The notes under the pieces: generated by a model | Told to the model about the DNA's origin: nothing | Databases searched by the model: none | Seen by the model: only the letters and a program-made list of their open reading frames with translations | Made by a program: the position numbers and the translations under genes | Shown: positions 25,501 through 40,199 of the stretch, one piece after another | How the letters are laid out: the number at the start of each line of letters is the position of its first letter | Numbering within the stretch: position 1 is the stretch's first letter | Source: Camelus dromedarius | Lineage: Eukaryota | DNA length: 64,000 nt | Reading direction: 5' to 3' | Assembly: GCF_036321535.1 (NCBI RefSeq) | Contig: NC_087454.1 | Location: 20,088,001 to 20,152,000 of the forward strand

Positions 25501-28500
25501 CCCCAGGCTCAAAGATGTTGCTGGATCCACTGAGGCGTTGTATGAAAGCAGCGATACTTTCACTGCTGCCAGCCCGAGCTCCCAGGGAGCCCAGCAGGGA
25601 GCTCAGTACACCCTGCACCACTGAGGTGAAAAACTCCAGCGGCAGGCTCTCAGGACCCAGACCTCCAGGACTCCCTGTGCCACCAGAAGGGGACCCTGGT
25701 GGGGGCGCCGTCTGCTGCTCTGGGGCTGGAGGTGGAGGCGGGGGTGGAGGGGGTGGAGGGGGTGGAGCGGCCGTTTGTGTTGCCTGGCCAACAAAGAAGA
25801 AATAAAGAACAGAAAATGAAGTGAGAATGGGGACAAGGACAGAAAATGGCATCAGGAAAGCACAACTCAACAGGGGTCTTGAAGACAGGGAGCTCTACTT
25901 TGGTCTCTGCTCCTTAAAGCAGAAGGTCCAGGAGTAGTTTACTCCACAGCAAAGTGAGGTCCAGAGACTACCTCTCTCCTTCTGAATGAGTCAGGTCAGA
26001 AAGCAATGACACAAATTACTATGCCTCTCTCTCTCAACCTCATTTTCCTCATCTCCAAAATGGAGGATTCTAAGTCAATACACTCCCAGGGTCCCTTCCA
26101 AGTGGCAATATAATGGCAATAAGACACCAGTGCCCCAAGCTTGGGAACAGGAAGGGGGAAGTAGAGAGCAATGCAGTCTCTCACCTGCAGGAAGTCAGTC
26201 ATGCCCTGGAGAAAGGCAGGGACACCAGGCATCGCCACAGTGATGGTGGGAGAAGCCATGCCAGGCCCTGCAGCCCCTGGCCCTGCAGGCCCCAGCAGGT
26301 TCCCCAGGAGCTGAGAGAATTGAAGATCAGAGGCAGAGGGCTGAGGGGGGGGAGGCTGGGCAGGCCCCCCCGGGGCAGGGCCAGCTGTGGTAGCCGTGTT
26401 GGTAGTGCCAGCACTGGCCGAAGCAGTGGCAGGGGCTGGAGGTGGAGCCATTCCTGGGGTCCCCTGAGCTGTAGAGACCAAAAGAAAAACGTTGAAATCT
26501 GAAGAAAAACAAGACACCACAGGATCTCCATTCTGGCCTTCCCAGCAGGAAGGCAAGAACAGAGAAATATGGAGAACTGGGAAGCGGCCAGTGAAGAGAC
26601 CGGGAGGGGAACACCGGCCTTCAGAGCCATGGAGACCTCTTCAGTTCAAGCTAGGGAAGAACGAAGACTCACCCACAAGGACAGGCTGCATAAGAAGCTG
26701 CCCCACAAGGCCGCTCACCATCTGGGCTAAAGACGCATTGGTCCCCAGACCAGCGCCCGGCTGAGGGGAAAGAAGGGGAGGCTTTCAGTCTTGGCTTCTC
26801 CATGCCCCACCACAGAATTTCCTGCTCACCTTCTTTCCCACTGGGACTCCGCCACCTCACTTACCAGAGCCCCCGAGACAGGGGGACCCCCAGGATGGGA
26901 AGGCCGAGCCTGGGGAGGGGTGGGCCGGGCAATCACCACCCGGGTCGGAGCTGTTGGGAAGCCTGGCACCTGCTGTCCTGTAGGGGGCAGAGGGGAGAGA
27001 CCGAAGAGGGCTGAGGGCCGGGCCCTTGCCCGCCAGCCGACGATACCAACACCATGGACCGGGCCCCACCGCCCAGGCTTCCCCTTTCTGGNNNNNNNNN
27101 NNNNNNNNNNNNNNNNNNNNNNNNNNNNNNNNNNNNNNNNNNNNNNNNNNNNNNNNNNNNNNNNNNNNNNNNNNNNNNNNNNNNNNNNNNNNNNNNNNNN
27201 NNNNNNNNNNNNNNNNNNNNNNNNNNNNNNNNNNNNNNNNNNNNNNNNNNNNNNNCCCACTTGGCTCTACCCCGTCTCTACCCAGAGCTCAACCTGCTCT
27301 GATGCCCTCACTCTTACCCAGGGTCTGGCCATGACCAGGGGGTCCTAGGGGGCCAGTGGGAGCACTCGGAACTCCACCAGGCTGTGTGCCAGAATCTGGG
27401 CAAGAAGACAGAGAGAGTGGCCCTGAGACAGGCAGGGCCAAGGCCTAACTGTATCCTCCTGAGATCAGCAAGCTGCAGGCCTTCACTCCCTCAACCAGAA
27501 AGCCCACCTTTCACTCCATCTAGACACGGAGGAGACACTTCCTTCATCGTGCAAACAACTCTCCAAGGACAAGCAGTTCTTCCTGCCCCTCGCCGTACAC
27601 GCCAACTCAAAGAGCTTCTGCTCTGGTCTCAGTTACTGCTGACAGCCCTGGCCTCTTGCTCCCTTGCCCTGGCTCTCTCATACCTCAGTTCCAGCCCGAC
27701 CTCCCTCATCGCGCTGCTCTTCTCTCTGCTGGCAACTGTTCCTAACTCACCTTGAATGTTCATGTGCATCATGACCACGGGTTCCACGCTCTGGTGGGAA
27801 ATCCGGATGACCCTCGGGTGGCTGGCAGTTGGAGGGGGAGCTGGCCCTGGTGGGGAAGCCCCCTCGGTCGAAGACTCCACAGTGGTCGAAGAGGGAGCCA
27901 GGGAAGAGGCCTGCCCAGGACCAGGGGGAGGTGTCTCTGCATTGGGAGTTGGGGGGGGCCGAGTCCCATTCCCCGTCATGGTCACAGTGGTCCCCACATT
28001 GATCTGGAGGACACAGATGAACAGGGCAGCAGTGAGAAAAACCCCAGAGCTTAACCCAGAGCAACCCATGAGATACTTCTAAATTCTCCATCCTGCCTAA
28101 CAATATGTTTCCAAAGTCTGACCCTTTCTAACCTGCCTTGCGCCGACAGCTTCTCTGGGTCATCCTATCAACAGCCCTCCATTGTCTCTCAGCCGGGATT
28201 CCTCTGACCCACCTGGATGGGGATGGCTGCCTGCTGGAGCACCATGGGGGTGGTGTAGTGAGACATGGGCCGGACCACATGCAGGTGGCGGGGGGGCGCA
28301 CAGGCCAGATTGCAGCGCAGGTCTGACAACGCCACAAAGGTGTTGCCCAGCAGCCGCAGGCTCTCGCCAACCAAGTTGATCAGGCGCTGGTCCTCTTCAC
28401 GGCCCTCTTGCTGTAGCCCCAAGGCCAAACACAGAAAAGCAGAAAACATTAGGCTGGCATTCACCTTGCTAACAAAACCACCACCTTGAGAATATCATGT

Positions 28501-31500
28501 CCTCTACATCTTCAAGCATATCCTTGGGAGCCTCTGGGTAGATCAAATCTTTGCCAATAAGTTCTATTCTACACACATAGTTTCCTATCAAAATAAACCC
28601 TACAATAAATCAATAAGGTATCATCTGCTAATCTGTTAGTTTTTTTTTTATGTTTTTATTGAAGTGTAATCAATTTGCAATGTTAGTTTCAAATGTATCC
28701 CTTATTTCCTAAACTTCCTAAATAAGTTGAGGGACCAAAAGGTTGCAAGAACAGTGGTTATCATTAAGATCCTCACCTTCTCTGTCAGGAAGGGAAGATC
28801 CCTTACTTGCAAGTCCAGAGAGAAACCATTTTGTTACAAGTCCAGAGAGAAACAATTTTGTTGCAGACAATGTGTTTTGTAGGGGGAAGGGGTGATCTGC
28901 ATTTCACCCTGTTCCACCTGGAGTAGTGGAGGTGGGGGGCGGGCGGGGCTCACATTGTTGTTGTAGTCCGTTGTGGCAGCAGCACCCAGAACCTCATAGT
29001 AGCGCTGCAGGAAGGGCTGGAGGCGGCTCTCAAGCCGCTGCAGCTCCTGAAGCACCTCGACATACTCCGCGGGGGAAGGATGGCTGTGTGCAACCCCAAG
29101 AGGCAGTAAGCCAAGGTTTTCCTTAGATTCCCAACCTCACATGCCCACCCTGTCTCTTCCTGGCTTCCCAAACCCCTGACCCAATCCTTCCCAAACTAGC
29201 AGAGCTTCTGTTCTTTAACCCCACCCAGGGGAAGATGGGGAGAGGAAAATAAACCGCTTCCACCCTCCCCACCACACTTATCCTGTACCTACAATGGCGA
29301 AAATCTAACTCTGAAAAAGAGATGGGGCCTGGATGAACTCAGAGGAAAGAATCTCCATCAGGCTCAGGAAGCACCATTTGGATTTCCTTGCCCCAGAGAG
29401 GGCAGGGCTTCTGGCTCAGCAGCCAGTCCTAACTTCATTTACCTACTACCCCCTGCCCCTCAACACCAACCCTCCAAGGAAGACTTCCAAGCAATTCTTC
29501 CTCTCCCATCAGACCCCTCCTGGTCCCCATACGTTACTTAGAATCCCCAACCCACTCCCACCCCAAAAGGTTCCCTCCATCTCTCACTTGGGTGCATTTG
29601 TCTCTGGGGCAGGTGTTGCGCCCGCTGGGGCTGGGCCGGAAGGGGTGAGCTCCGGGCTCTGGGCGGGGGCATGCTCCTCCACTTCCTCTGCCTCCATGGG
29701 CTCCCGAGGAGGCACTTCACTTTCGACTGGTTCTGATGTTTGAGAGCTCAAGGCTACTGGCTCCGGGGCCACAGCTGGTATCTGAGGGGGTGGCTGACTG
29801 TGCTGTGCTTGGGACCCTCCTCGGCACTGCAGGTGGAGAGAGTCAGGACACCAAAGGCAGGATGAGACTGCGGCAGAGGCTTACCCAGGTCGAAGCGGAC
29901 TGAGTAGAGAAGCTGTGCTGACCAGGCTCCCTGAAGGCAGGGGTCCTCATCTGTATCTCTGACCCCCTAGCAACCAGTGTAAAGCTTAAACAAATCAGAT
30001 GTGTGACAAATATCTGTAATACCTGCAAACAAATTACTAAAGAAAAGTAAGCATTGTAGTTCCCTACCCACCAAGAGAAGAGAAAGAAAAGGCCACTGGT
30101 TGCAGCTGCAGTACAAACTAACGGAGTTAGCCCACCCCCGTATCAAACACGCTAAGACATTTTTAAAAAGCACAGAATCCTTATTTAATTGAAAAGACAT
30201 ATTGTGAGTTATCTGACAAGTCTGCAACAAACTTCTCAGATACCAGGTATCTGGGGATCAGCAGGGACAAGACAGTCTCACAAAGCTACTTTTTCTGCCC
30301 GAAAGAATAAAGATTGCAGAGAAGAGACCAGATTAGAAAGAAAGAATCCAGTGGATGTGGCCAGTCATGTCCTCACCCTTGGGCTGAGAGAAAAGGGGTA
30401 GGGAGGATGGGAAGAGAGACAGACAGACCCTAGCCGGCCTTGCCCACTCACCTCCATCCGGGATAGTAAGGTCTGTATGTCCCTGATCATGTGCTGGGCC
30501 ATCACCAGCCGGACTCGGGGCTCACTCTACAATAAGAGAAGGAAAAATCAGGGCAGGCTTGGAATAAAGCCATGAGCTCCACAACCAGGTCCCAGCCATT
30601 TCCTCAGCCAGATCCGCCCCCACCTCATGGCCTCCTTCTCCCAGATCCCCTTCCCTGACCCTCCCAGGCCCCGGGATACCTGAATCGGGGCCTGTTCCAT
30701 GTTGATGTGAACATCCACAGCAGAGCCGTCACTCTGGGGAAAGGGTAAGGGAAGTTGCTCTGGGAGAAGCCAAATACTAAGGTCCCCCACACTTCCAACT
30801 GGTTCTCTGGAGCCCCACCCACTATCTTCTCAAAGACAAAGACTATATTATCAGACCACAGGGCCCTCCAAACCCAATCTAAAAACTGAGAAACCGGTCT
30901 TATGAGGTCTTGGCTGCTACCACTACCAAAACTACACTCTCCCACAAAAACCCTCCCATGAGGAACACAAGCTTACAGGAAGATTGAAGGTTCCAACCAT
31001 GACATAGCTGTTGGCATTCCGGTCATGAACAGAGGCCCCAGGCCCCCGAGTACCAGGCGGGGGTCCCCCACCATGGGTAGCTGAGGCAGACCCTGTTCCA
31101 GAAGATGCCCCAAAAGGGAGCTGAAGCTGAGGAGGAGCCCGTTCTACCAGGTGGATAACCTTTCCCCCAACATCTGCAGGAAGAAAAGATACACACCAAA
31201 ACATTGTAACATTAGGTAAACCCACAGCCTCAGCTCAGGACTCTGGACAACTGCCTCAGCCTCTGAATGGCCTCCCCCACTCCCTTACTGTATTCTTGGA
31301 GCTTCTTATCATCCTGCAGAACTCGTCCCTGATAGATGAGTCGTTGTTTCTCAGAAGGGATGCTGACAGAGGCAGCAATGTGCTCCTTAAACTCCTTTAC
31401 ATTCATCTGTAAGGAAGAGACATGAATAGGAAGCAGGGAATGGAAGAAAACAGGAAAGATAGAAGAGGGACAACTGACTTGTGAGGGCTAAAAAGCCATC

Positions 31501-32622
31501 CCATCATAAAATCACTACCTATTTGTCTTAATTGTGAGGTAATCATTGTGCAAAGCCCTGAACTAAGGCAACACCTGTCAAAATACTTACGATACACATA
31601 GGGAACTGCAGGTTATATGCCTAGTGAAAATTACAGGGCTGAAAAACAGAAAAGACGACTGACATTCCCTTTTCTCCTCCTCTGCCTGGCTCCCAAAGGA
31701 ATGTGTCTAAAGATACCAAAGGAATGTGTCTAAAGATACCAGTGACCCCTTCTCAAACACAAAATGATACAACTCTGTAATCTTAAAGATACAAACGCTG
31801 ACAAAGAAAATGGAGTGGAGAATCAGGTTAAGGTGGGAAGACTGAGCCAAGATGAAAGAAAAGGGATCAAAACAGAAAAACTTTTGTCCTAACCATACAA
31901 CTGACTCTTGGGAAGCACCAAGCTGTTTACATACATCTAATTGCAAAAGCCTATATGGTTTCCTTAAAAACAGGTAACACGTTTTAAAACAACAGAACAA
32001 CTCCCTCATGATTTTGTCTCCAATAATGACATAGATAGCTGTATTCCTGCCATTAAGCTCAAAAAACCTAAAATACATCGTAAATATTAGTAATTCCACT
32101 CAAGAGTCTATTAGGGCTCTTCCTGCATTATGAGCTCCATTTTCTCTACTTTAAAAACAACAGTTTTTGTTTGTAAGACACACTTGCACTTTAGGTCTAT
32201 GTGTTCTGTTTCCCTTCCAAAAGGCAGGAGCCATGTCCGTCCCTTTGGCTGGGATTCGTTCACGATGTTGGCATACAGATTCCTCCCTCCTTCTTTCCCT
32301 TTGCATTTTTATTGAGGTGGAGGAAGGCAGAAGAAAATCTGCCTCACCCAACAGAAATCATAGAGGTAACATCAGGAAATGCTCTGCCTACAACATGAAC
32401 AAAGGATTCAATGAAAGGAAATTTGAAGACCAGAAAATCAGACTCTTCTCTCAAGCTAAGGAACCTACAAGAGAAAGAGTTAATGGATGTCTTCCAGAAG
32501 TACTGGGTTCTCACCTGGGCCCCCACAATAAAGGTCCGGGTCTGTGAGTCCAGGGTCTTCACCAGCACCTCCAGGCTGTCAGGCTCCTTCATAGTGGTAC
32601 TGGTACTATCATTAGACTCCAT
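22507..32622 (-). CDS. BAG6: BAG cochaperone 6 (BAT3/Scythe), about 1128 aa without exon 11B
   Basis: Coding exons 5'->3': 32622-32515, 31406-31289, 31173-30977, 30733-30680, 30526-30452, 29826-29588, 29083-28954, 28410-28213, 28003-27751, 27395-27318, 26977-26865, 26760-26673, 26468-26185, 25783-25486, 25326-25157, 24976-24923, 24791-24689, 24591-24467, 24297-24151, 24053-23994, 23882-23739, 23661-23554, [about 23027-22881, in N-block, inferred], 22602-22507 (TAG). UBL start [46 protein letters not shown], end [15 protein letters not shown]. Confidence 0.97.
27092..27255 (-). other. BAG6: N-block at the position of BAG6 alternative exon 11B (sequence not visible)
   Basis: Lies between exons 27395-27318 and 26977-26865, both phase-1 junctions. 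The 164-nt block can hold the roughly 108-nt cassette known in other mammals. Inference only. Confidence 0.55.
28810..28863 (+). repeat. 27-bp near-perfect tandem duplication in a BAG6 intron
   Basis: caagtccagagagaaaccattttgtta / caagtccagagagaaacaattttgttg, 2 mismatches. Confidence 0.9.
31695..31740 (+). repeat. 23-bp perfect tandem duplication in BAG6 intron 2
   Basis: aaaggaatgtgtctaaagatacc x2. Confidence 0.95.
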
Positions 32623-32899
32623 GGCCGACAGCTGTCTAAGGAAGAATGGAAAGGAGGCGGCCCGCTGTCGCCCAAGGCAGATTTTTATGTACCCGGAAGC
32701 CTCCCCGGCCCAAGACTCCGCCCCAATGCCTAAGGAGTTTCTCCCACACAAGCACACACACTCACACCCGCCCCCATCCCTCTTCTGATTCCGGGGCACA
32801 GGGAGAGAGACACAAAGGGCAAGAGATCGACGGCACACGGAGCTGGAGGACGGGAGGTGGGAGGGGCTCCACGAAGCCAATCACAATAAGGGAGGGCCA

Positions 32900-34300
32900 G
32901 TCGGGCTAGAAAGCAGCGAAGGAAGGAAACACAAAACCAGTGTCATCACCGGTCGCGACAGGACAAGGGCCCAAGAAGTCGGCAAACCCTGGGACAACGC
33001 AAGAGCGAGGGTCGCGCCAGACCTGGCGGAGAAAGTGGTTTCGCGCGCACGCGCGCCACGCCACGCCCATCGAACCCGCCTAAGTCACGATAAACCCGAG
33101 ATGACGGACACTCACTGAGGGCCAGACCGGCCAGCTGACTGCCCTTCTCTTCCGCCTTCCCTCGGTGCTCTAGCAAAGCGGCCCAACTAATACACCAGAC
33201 TCAACACACCAAACACACACAGCGCCAGCCAGCGGCTCCGCCCCCGACTTCCCCACGGGACCGTCACTTCCGGTCTCCCCCAACCTGCCACCGACGGCCA
33301 CTTCCGTTTCCCCAATAGTATTTGGGGATCGCGAGGCGGTACTTCCGGCTCCCCCCAGTTCCCCAAGCTTTACTTTTGTGGGGCACGACGAGAAAGTCCG
33401 CGGCCCCAAATAGTAAGCTTCTGCGGCCGAGACGGGCCGGGGCCGGCCTAGATGGGAGGGAGCCGAGCACCCCGAAGAGCCGCCGCCGCCGTCGCCCGGG
33501 GGACCGTATTGCGCCTGCGTGCGTCGTACTACGTAAGCGTACAGAGTTAGGCACCGCCCCACCCCCGCCGGCGGTGTTCCTTTCTCCCGTGCGCGCGCTT
33601 GAGCAGTAGGGAGTTGTGGTGGCCACTATAAATGCCTGAAAAAATTAATTACCATATGGGACTCTTCGACTGCCTGGAGAGGTGCACTGAACGGCTGTAT
33701 GGATCTTGGAGTTGGGAGACTGGAGACTATGTCTCGCCAATCTATGTGAACGTCTTGGCCTGCAGAGAATTTGAGGTGGCACTGTCCTGGCCACCTAGAA
33801 TTCTGTCCGCCTCTCACTATCCCCCTCGCTGCGACACTCTTTCCGCGCCTCCGGAAGTCACTCTTTACCTAGGCAGTTGGAGGTGGTTCTCGAGCTGACT
33901 TGCGTGTGGTGGCGTCGTTGGGCTCGAGCTCGGTTTCGCCCGGTGGGCATCTTGCGAGTTTGGGCGCCATGTTCTTCCTCTGCGGTGTGCGGCCGAGGGG
34001 ACACGCCATGTTTTGGAGAAGCTAAGGATTTACTACCTTTCAAGACTTTTGTCTGAAAAAAAAAAAAAAAAGGACGCCTCCGAGTTTGGGAGTTGGGAGC
34101 AAATGGAGTCTGACTGAACCGAAACACAAGGCTCTGACCCTGGGGGATTAAAAGGGCCGCCTGAAGGCTTTTGCGCGCCGGGAGCCGCGGGGGTTACTGT
34201 CCCTGTGTCCTCTTCTGTCTCCACTCTTCGGGCAAGGGCCTCGGCCCGCGGTCCTGCCGGGGTGCCTGCCTTCGTGCCCAGCTTTTCTGGGATTTGTAGT
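32900..34300. promoter_or_regulatory. BAG6: BAG6 CpG-island promoter and non-coding first exon(s), ETS/GABP motifs
   Basis: CpG-rich. CCGGAAGT-type motifs at 33265-33273, 33341-33348 and 33851-33858. Minus-strand donor GGCCCTCA|gtgagt at 33116/33115. Exon 2 acceptor at 32635. Confidence 0.75.
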
Positions 34301-34859
34301 TTATCCCCAAGGCCCAGTACTGTTTCAATTAAGAGTTCTAATAAGCACCTATTTAGTGAGCCCCTGGTTTGTGTCAGCCAATTTGCTGAGGAGTTCAGGT
34401 ACTGTCATTTAAAAACCTTTCAACATTTGAGACGGTTATTACATCCATCTTTAGGCGAATGTAAGTGGCAGAACCGACAAATCCAGGCCTACCAGACTCC
34501 TTTGGGTCAAACACTTATACTGTAGTGCCCCCATAACTTGTATTTTAGTTTTTTATTGTAAAAAGATGTCAAACATGACTCCATAACAATACAATGAAAC
34601 CTCAAATACCCATCACCCAAATTTTGTTCTTTTAACTAAATCATAAGCCCATAGCAAGCCTCACCTCTGAGAACAAATCTTTATGACAGTCTGTGGGTTA
34701 TAAAGGAAGCCCCAATTTTCATTGCATTAACTGCTCCACCCACTTGGCACTACCCAATGACTACCTCTTGATAATTCTTTCCTTACCTCCTGTTGAGAAC
34801 TTAATACCCACCAGAGACTATAATAAGTGCTTTACAATCATTAGTATTAATTATAGCGA

Positions 34860-35060
34860 ATATTTACTTTGGACTTAACCATGTGCAGGCCGTTGCTAAG
34901 GGTTTTATGTGCATTCTCTCTTTTAATCGAATGAGACCAATGATTTGCTAATTTTACAGATGAAAAAGCAGGCATAAAGATGAATAAAATTGTACAATAT
35001 CTAATAAGTAGTAGATTCACTCTCCTGACCCCAATGTCTATTCATTTTAACCACTAGGTT
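34860..35060 (-). mobile_element. MIR SINE, degenerate
   Basis: MIR core text (aattttacagatgaaaaagcaggc). Confidence 0.6.
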
Positions 35061-35239
35061 ACATGGATTCTTACTCGTAGTAATAAACCAGAGAATGAAT
35101 TCATGTGTCGGCAGACTTTTCGGGGGAGGGGGTATACATATTGCCTCCCCAATTATCAGCTTCAGAGAGAAAGCCTCCCATTCATCATGCTCTAGCACTT
35201 GGTTCATACCTGTTCTAAAGCACTTACCAGGTTGTACTA

Positions 35240-35395
35240 AAATGATTTGTTTACATAGCTAGTTTTCCTCTGACTGATTCTTCAAGGCCAGGAACTGTCT
35301 TACTCATTTTTATGTTCCCAGGGCTTAGCCAGTTCCTAACAAACAGCTGGGACTTAAAAACAGTTTGCTGAGTGAATGTATGAAAGAATCAATCC
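35240..35395 (+). mobile_element. L2 3' end
   Basis: aggccaggaactgtcttactcatttttatgttcccagggcttagc ... tttgctgagtgaatg. Confidence 0.55.
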
Positions 35396-35595
35396 ACCTC
35401 TCTTCAGTGCTGCACAGCGCAGCAGATATCCAGGGTTGAAAGACCACAGGCTTCTACCTGGAGGGCTCAACTCTCCTTAAAACTCCTGAGAAATCCTGGA
35501 CATGCCAGGATGTATTGTGAAGTGGTTACATTCAGTAGAGGAGAAGACCCAAACACTGTAAGTAATCCAGGCTTGGGCTGGAAAACAAGGTTGAA

Positions 35596-35631
35596 GTTAC
35601 TCATTAGCAGGTGAAGGATCAAGGGTCAAGG
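35596..35631 (+). promoter_or_regulatory. APOM: APOM proximal promoter: HNF1 site and nuclear-receptor/LRH-1-like element
   Basis: GTTACTCATTAGC at 35596-35608 (HNF1 consensus GTTAATNATTAAC), then tgaaggatcaagggtcaagg. Consistent with known HNF1A and nuclear-receptor control of APOM. Confidence 0.7.
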
Positions 35632-35729
35632 CAAGGGGGCTGGAAGCAGAGTGGACTGAGCAGCCAGTGGGGGAGAACAGTTAAGACACCAGCCACTCCA
35701 GGCAGAGCACCAGCTCCTCCTTCCTGAAG

Positions 35730-37629
<1,900 letters not shown>

Positions 37630-38639
37630 CCTGTGGCTTCATCTGTACCCCCAGATGGATACAATAGAAGCTGACATTGTAGTAGGGGAGAAGCTGGAAA
37701 ATCCCAACTCCCTTTCAAGGGTAATAAAGGTTTTTCAATCCTCATCTAATTTAGGGGGTTTGTCTCTAGACATTAGTCCCACTCCCTCCATTTCAATATT
37801 TCCCTGGACCTTCTACCACATAAACCCCCAGTTGGACGGCGTCAGGAAGGACACTTGGCAGTAACTCTTACTTTGTAGTGGTATATTGAGGATTTGGTGT
37901 GACAGAGTTATTTATTGCTGAGTGAGCAAATCTCTAACCACCCCCCCCCGCCCCAGTGGGGTCTGCAGACTCCAGTGCTCCCCATACTGCCTGTCTGAGC
38001 TGACAGCCCCTCTGAGCTGGCCCTCCTGCTAACAATGCCTGCACAGTCCCCATTCCCTCTGGCTACTGGGAACACCCAGATCCTCCCTGCAGGCTCCATC
38101 ACCTATAGGACCCCATCCAGACCCCCTAATTCACCCACCTAGCAGTGCCACTCCTCCCTAGATGGTGCAGATCCCAGGATCCAAGGGATACCTTGAGTCT
38201 CTCAACCACCCTCTTACCCTATCCAGAGATCTATCTGTCATACCTCTGGTCTCCTCCACCCCTGGAGAGTTTTGAAAGGTAGAGAGGGACTTTTAGTCTT
38301 TATTCTCCACCATCACACTTTTTTTTTTTCTTTTAAAAAGTGGAGGTGGAAAAAAAAATAACTGGAGGTGGGAGAAATGTAAAAGCAAAAATTAACAACA
38401 GCTGGTGAATTCAAGGGCAATGCCCTCACTGTCCATAAACAGACACCTAAACAGTTCTATTCTCTCCTGTGTGTGAAGGGGGGCTCTGTGCCCTCATACT
38501 CTGGGGTTTCTACCCCATCCCTGAGGTCCCTGTGCTTACAATCTAAATCATGCCCCCCACTCTCCTAAAGGCCACACTGTGTTCACCCTTGCTCCCACCT
38601 CACTGAGGATGGGGCCATGGGACACACCCCACCCTGTGG

Positions 38640-39521
38640 TCACAGCCCCTTTCCTGGGTCTCCCCTCTGCTCCTCACCCTCCCTCCCCAGCTTCTCGCCC
38701 TCCAAGTCAATGGCCTCCTCATCCCCACTGGGCTCCCGGAGGCTGACAGCCAGCACCAGGGCCTGTAGAAGACCAAAGAGGCAGGCAAAGTGCAGGGGGT
38801 GAGCGGTAAGTAGGCTCAGAACAGCATGGAGCCCATGCAGGGCAGCCAGGAAGGACAGTAGCCCATGTAGCCAGAGGCCCAGTGGTCCACGCAGGCCCAG
38901 CGCGTCCAAGGCTGCCCGCAATGGCCTTGAGCATAGCCCCAGCAGGGCTGAGGCCAGTAGCTCCAGCAGGTGCAGGGTCAGGTTGGTAGAGATCTGCAGA
39001 CATTCCTCTGGGCCCCCCAGGTACTGATAGGGAGCCCCTGGTTCCCCCCGCAGCCAGCCCAGCAGCTTCTGACGCCGACCAGGCTTCTCCAGTGGGGCTT
39101 CAGGCCCAGAGGGGCTCAGTCCCTCTTCAGGGGACACTCCAGGTTTCCTGGTGCCACCTGAGTCCACAGGATCCCATCCCAGTTTGGGAATGGCCTGTCC
39201 AGCCTCCAGTCTCCCAGACCCTTGAGTGCTAGAGACAGTCTTGTTCCACTTGAAAGAATCCATTCTTTTGCTCTCCAGTTGCTCAACTTGGGACTCCCTG
39301 CTTGGTTCTGGAGCAGCCCCAGAGCTCGTCTGTGCACCTGAGTCCTTGGTCTTGGGAGGCCCCAGGTCTCCCATGGTTTCTGGGGCACTGTCCCAGTCAC
39401 TCCCTGAATTCTCGGAGGAGCTGTCCATCTGTCTGGGTTCTGGGGCAGGCAGGTCAGGCCTCGTTGGTTTCCGGCGGCCCCAGGGGCGAGGTAGCCAGCC
39501 ACCAAGCCGTCGCAGGAACAT
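38640..39521 (-). CDS. C6orf47: C6orf47 (G4) orthologue, intronless, 293 aa, uncharacterised
   Basis: MFLRRLGGWLPRPWGRRKP... with a hydrophobic Leu-rich C-terminal half. Syntenic between APOM and GPANK1. AATAAA on - at 37911-37916. Confidence 0.93.
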   Translation of the reverse strand: MFLRRLGGWLPRPWGRRKPTRPDLPAPEPRQMDSSSENSGSDWDSAPETMGDLGPPKTKDSGAQTSSGAAPEPSRESQVEQLESKRMDSFKWNKTVSSTQGSGRLEAGQAIPKLGWDPVDSGGTRKPGVSPEEGLSPSGPEAPLEKPGRRQKLLGWLRGEPGAPYQYLGGPEECLQISTNLTLHLLELLASALLGLCSRPLRAALDALGLRGPLGLWLHGLLSFLAALHGLHAVLSLLTAHPLHFACLFGLLQALVLAVSLREPSGDEEAIDLEGEKLGREGEEQRGDPGKGL

Positions 39522-40199
39522 GGCTGGGGTGTGTAATGAAGCCCCAAATTCTGGTGCTGCTTCCTGGCACTGCTTAGACTCTCAGGTTTGAGGGCTGAAG
39601 TTCTCCTCAGAAGCCAGAGTCTGTTCAGGCTCAGAACAGGTATCTGCCTGGTGTGTCCTACTCTGAATTCAGAAGTGGCTCCCCACTTCCCTGGATGGTT
39701 ATGCAGCCTCAAACGTGGCAGGTGGCTTGTTTCCTTTTCAGTTTTGAGGTAAAGTTAGGCACATCCAAATTTATTAACCACCACCACAATCACCACCACC
39801 ACCACACAAGATTCCGAAAGTCTCGGGATCTGACAAAGCCTGGGTCACCCCCACAGTGTCCTCCCTGTTTTTCCGGGTTTCTTTCCCAGCAGGCAGCACC
39901 CCAAGTTTCACTCACCAAGGCCACGCCCCAAGGTGCCCCAGAAAATGGGGAGGCGGTGCTCCATCCAAGAAGGAAGGAAGGAAAGGTGGCCCCGGGTCCT
40001 AGGTGCTCCCGACTGAGGGAGTTCTGAACTGCTATCCTAAAGGAGCTCAGGAGTAGGAAGTCTATTAGGTGGATAGGGGGAGAGCTATCCGGCAAACTCC
40101 AGCCAGCAGCGTTCGTCCCTTGATTCAGAGGGCTGTGAATCCTGTAAGTAGCCCCACCGGTCCCCGAGCACACAGCTGAGACTCAGCTTCAGCAAGGTC

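Noticed and set aside
32623-32880. Upstream extension of BAG6 in ORF 32344..32880
   Set aside because: Intronic sequence beyond the acceptor at 32635/32636; the orthologous start is 32622.
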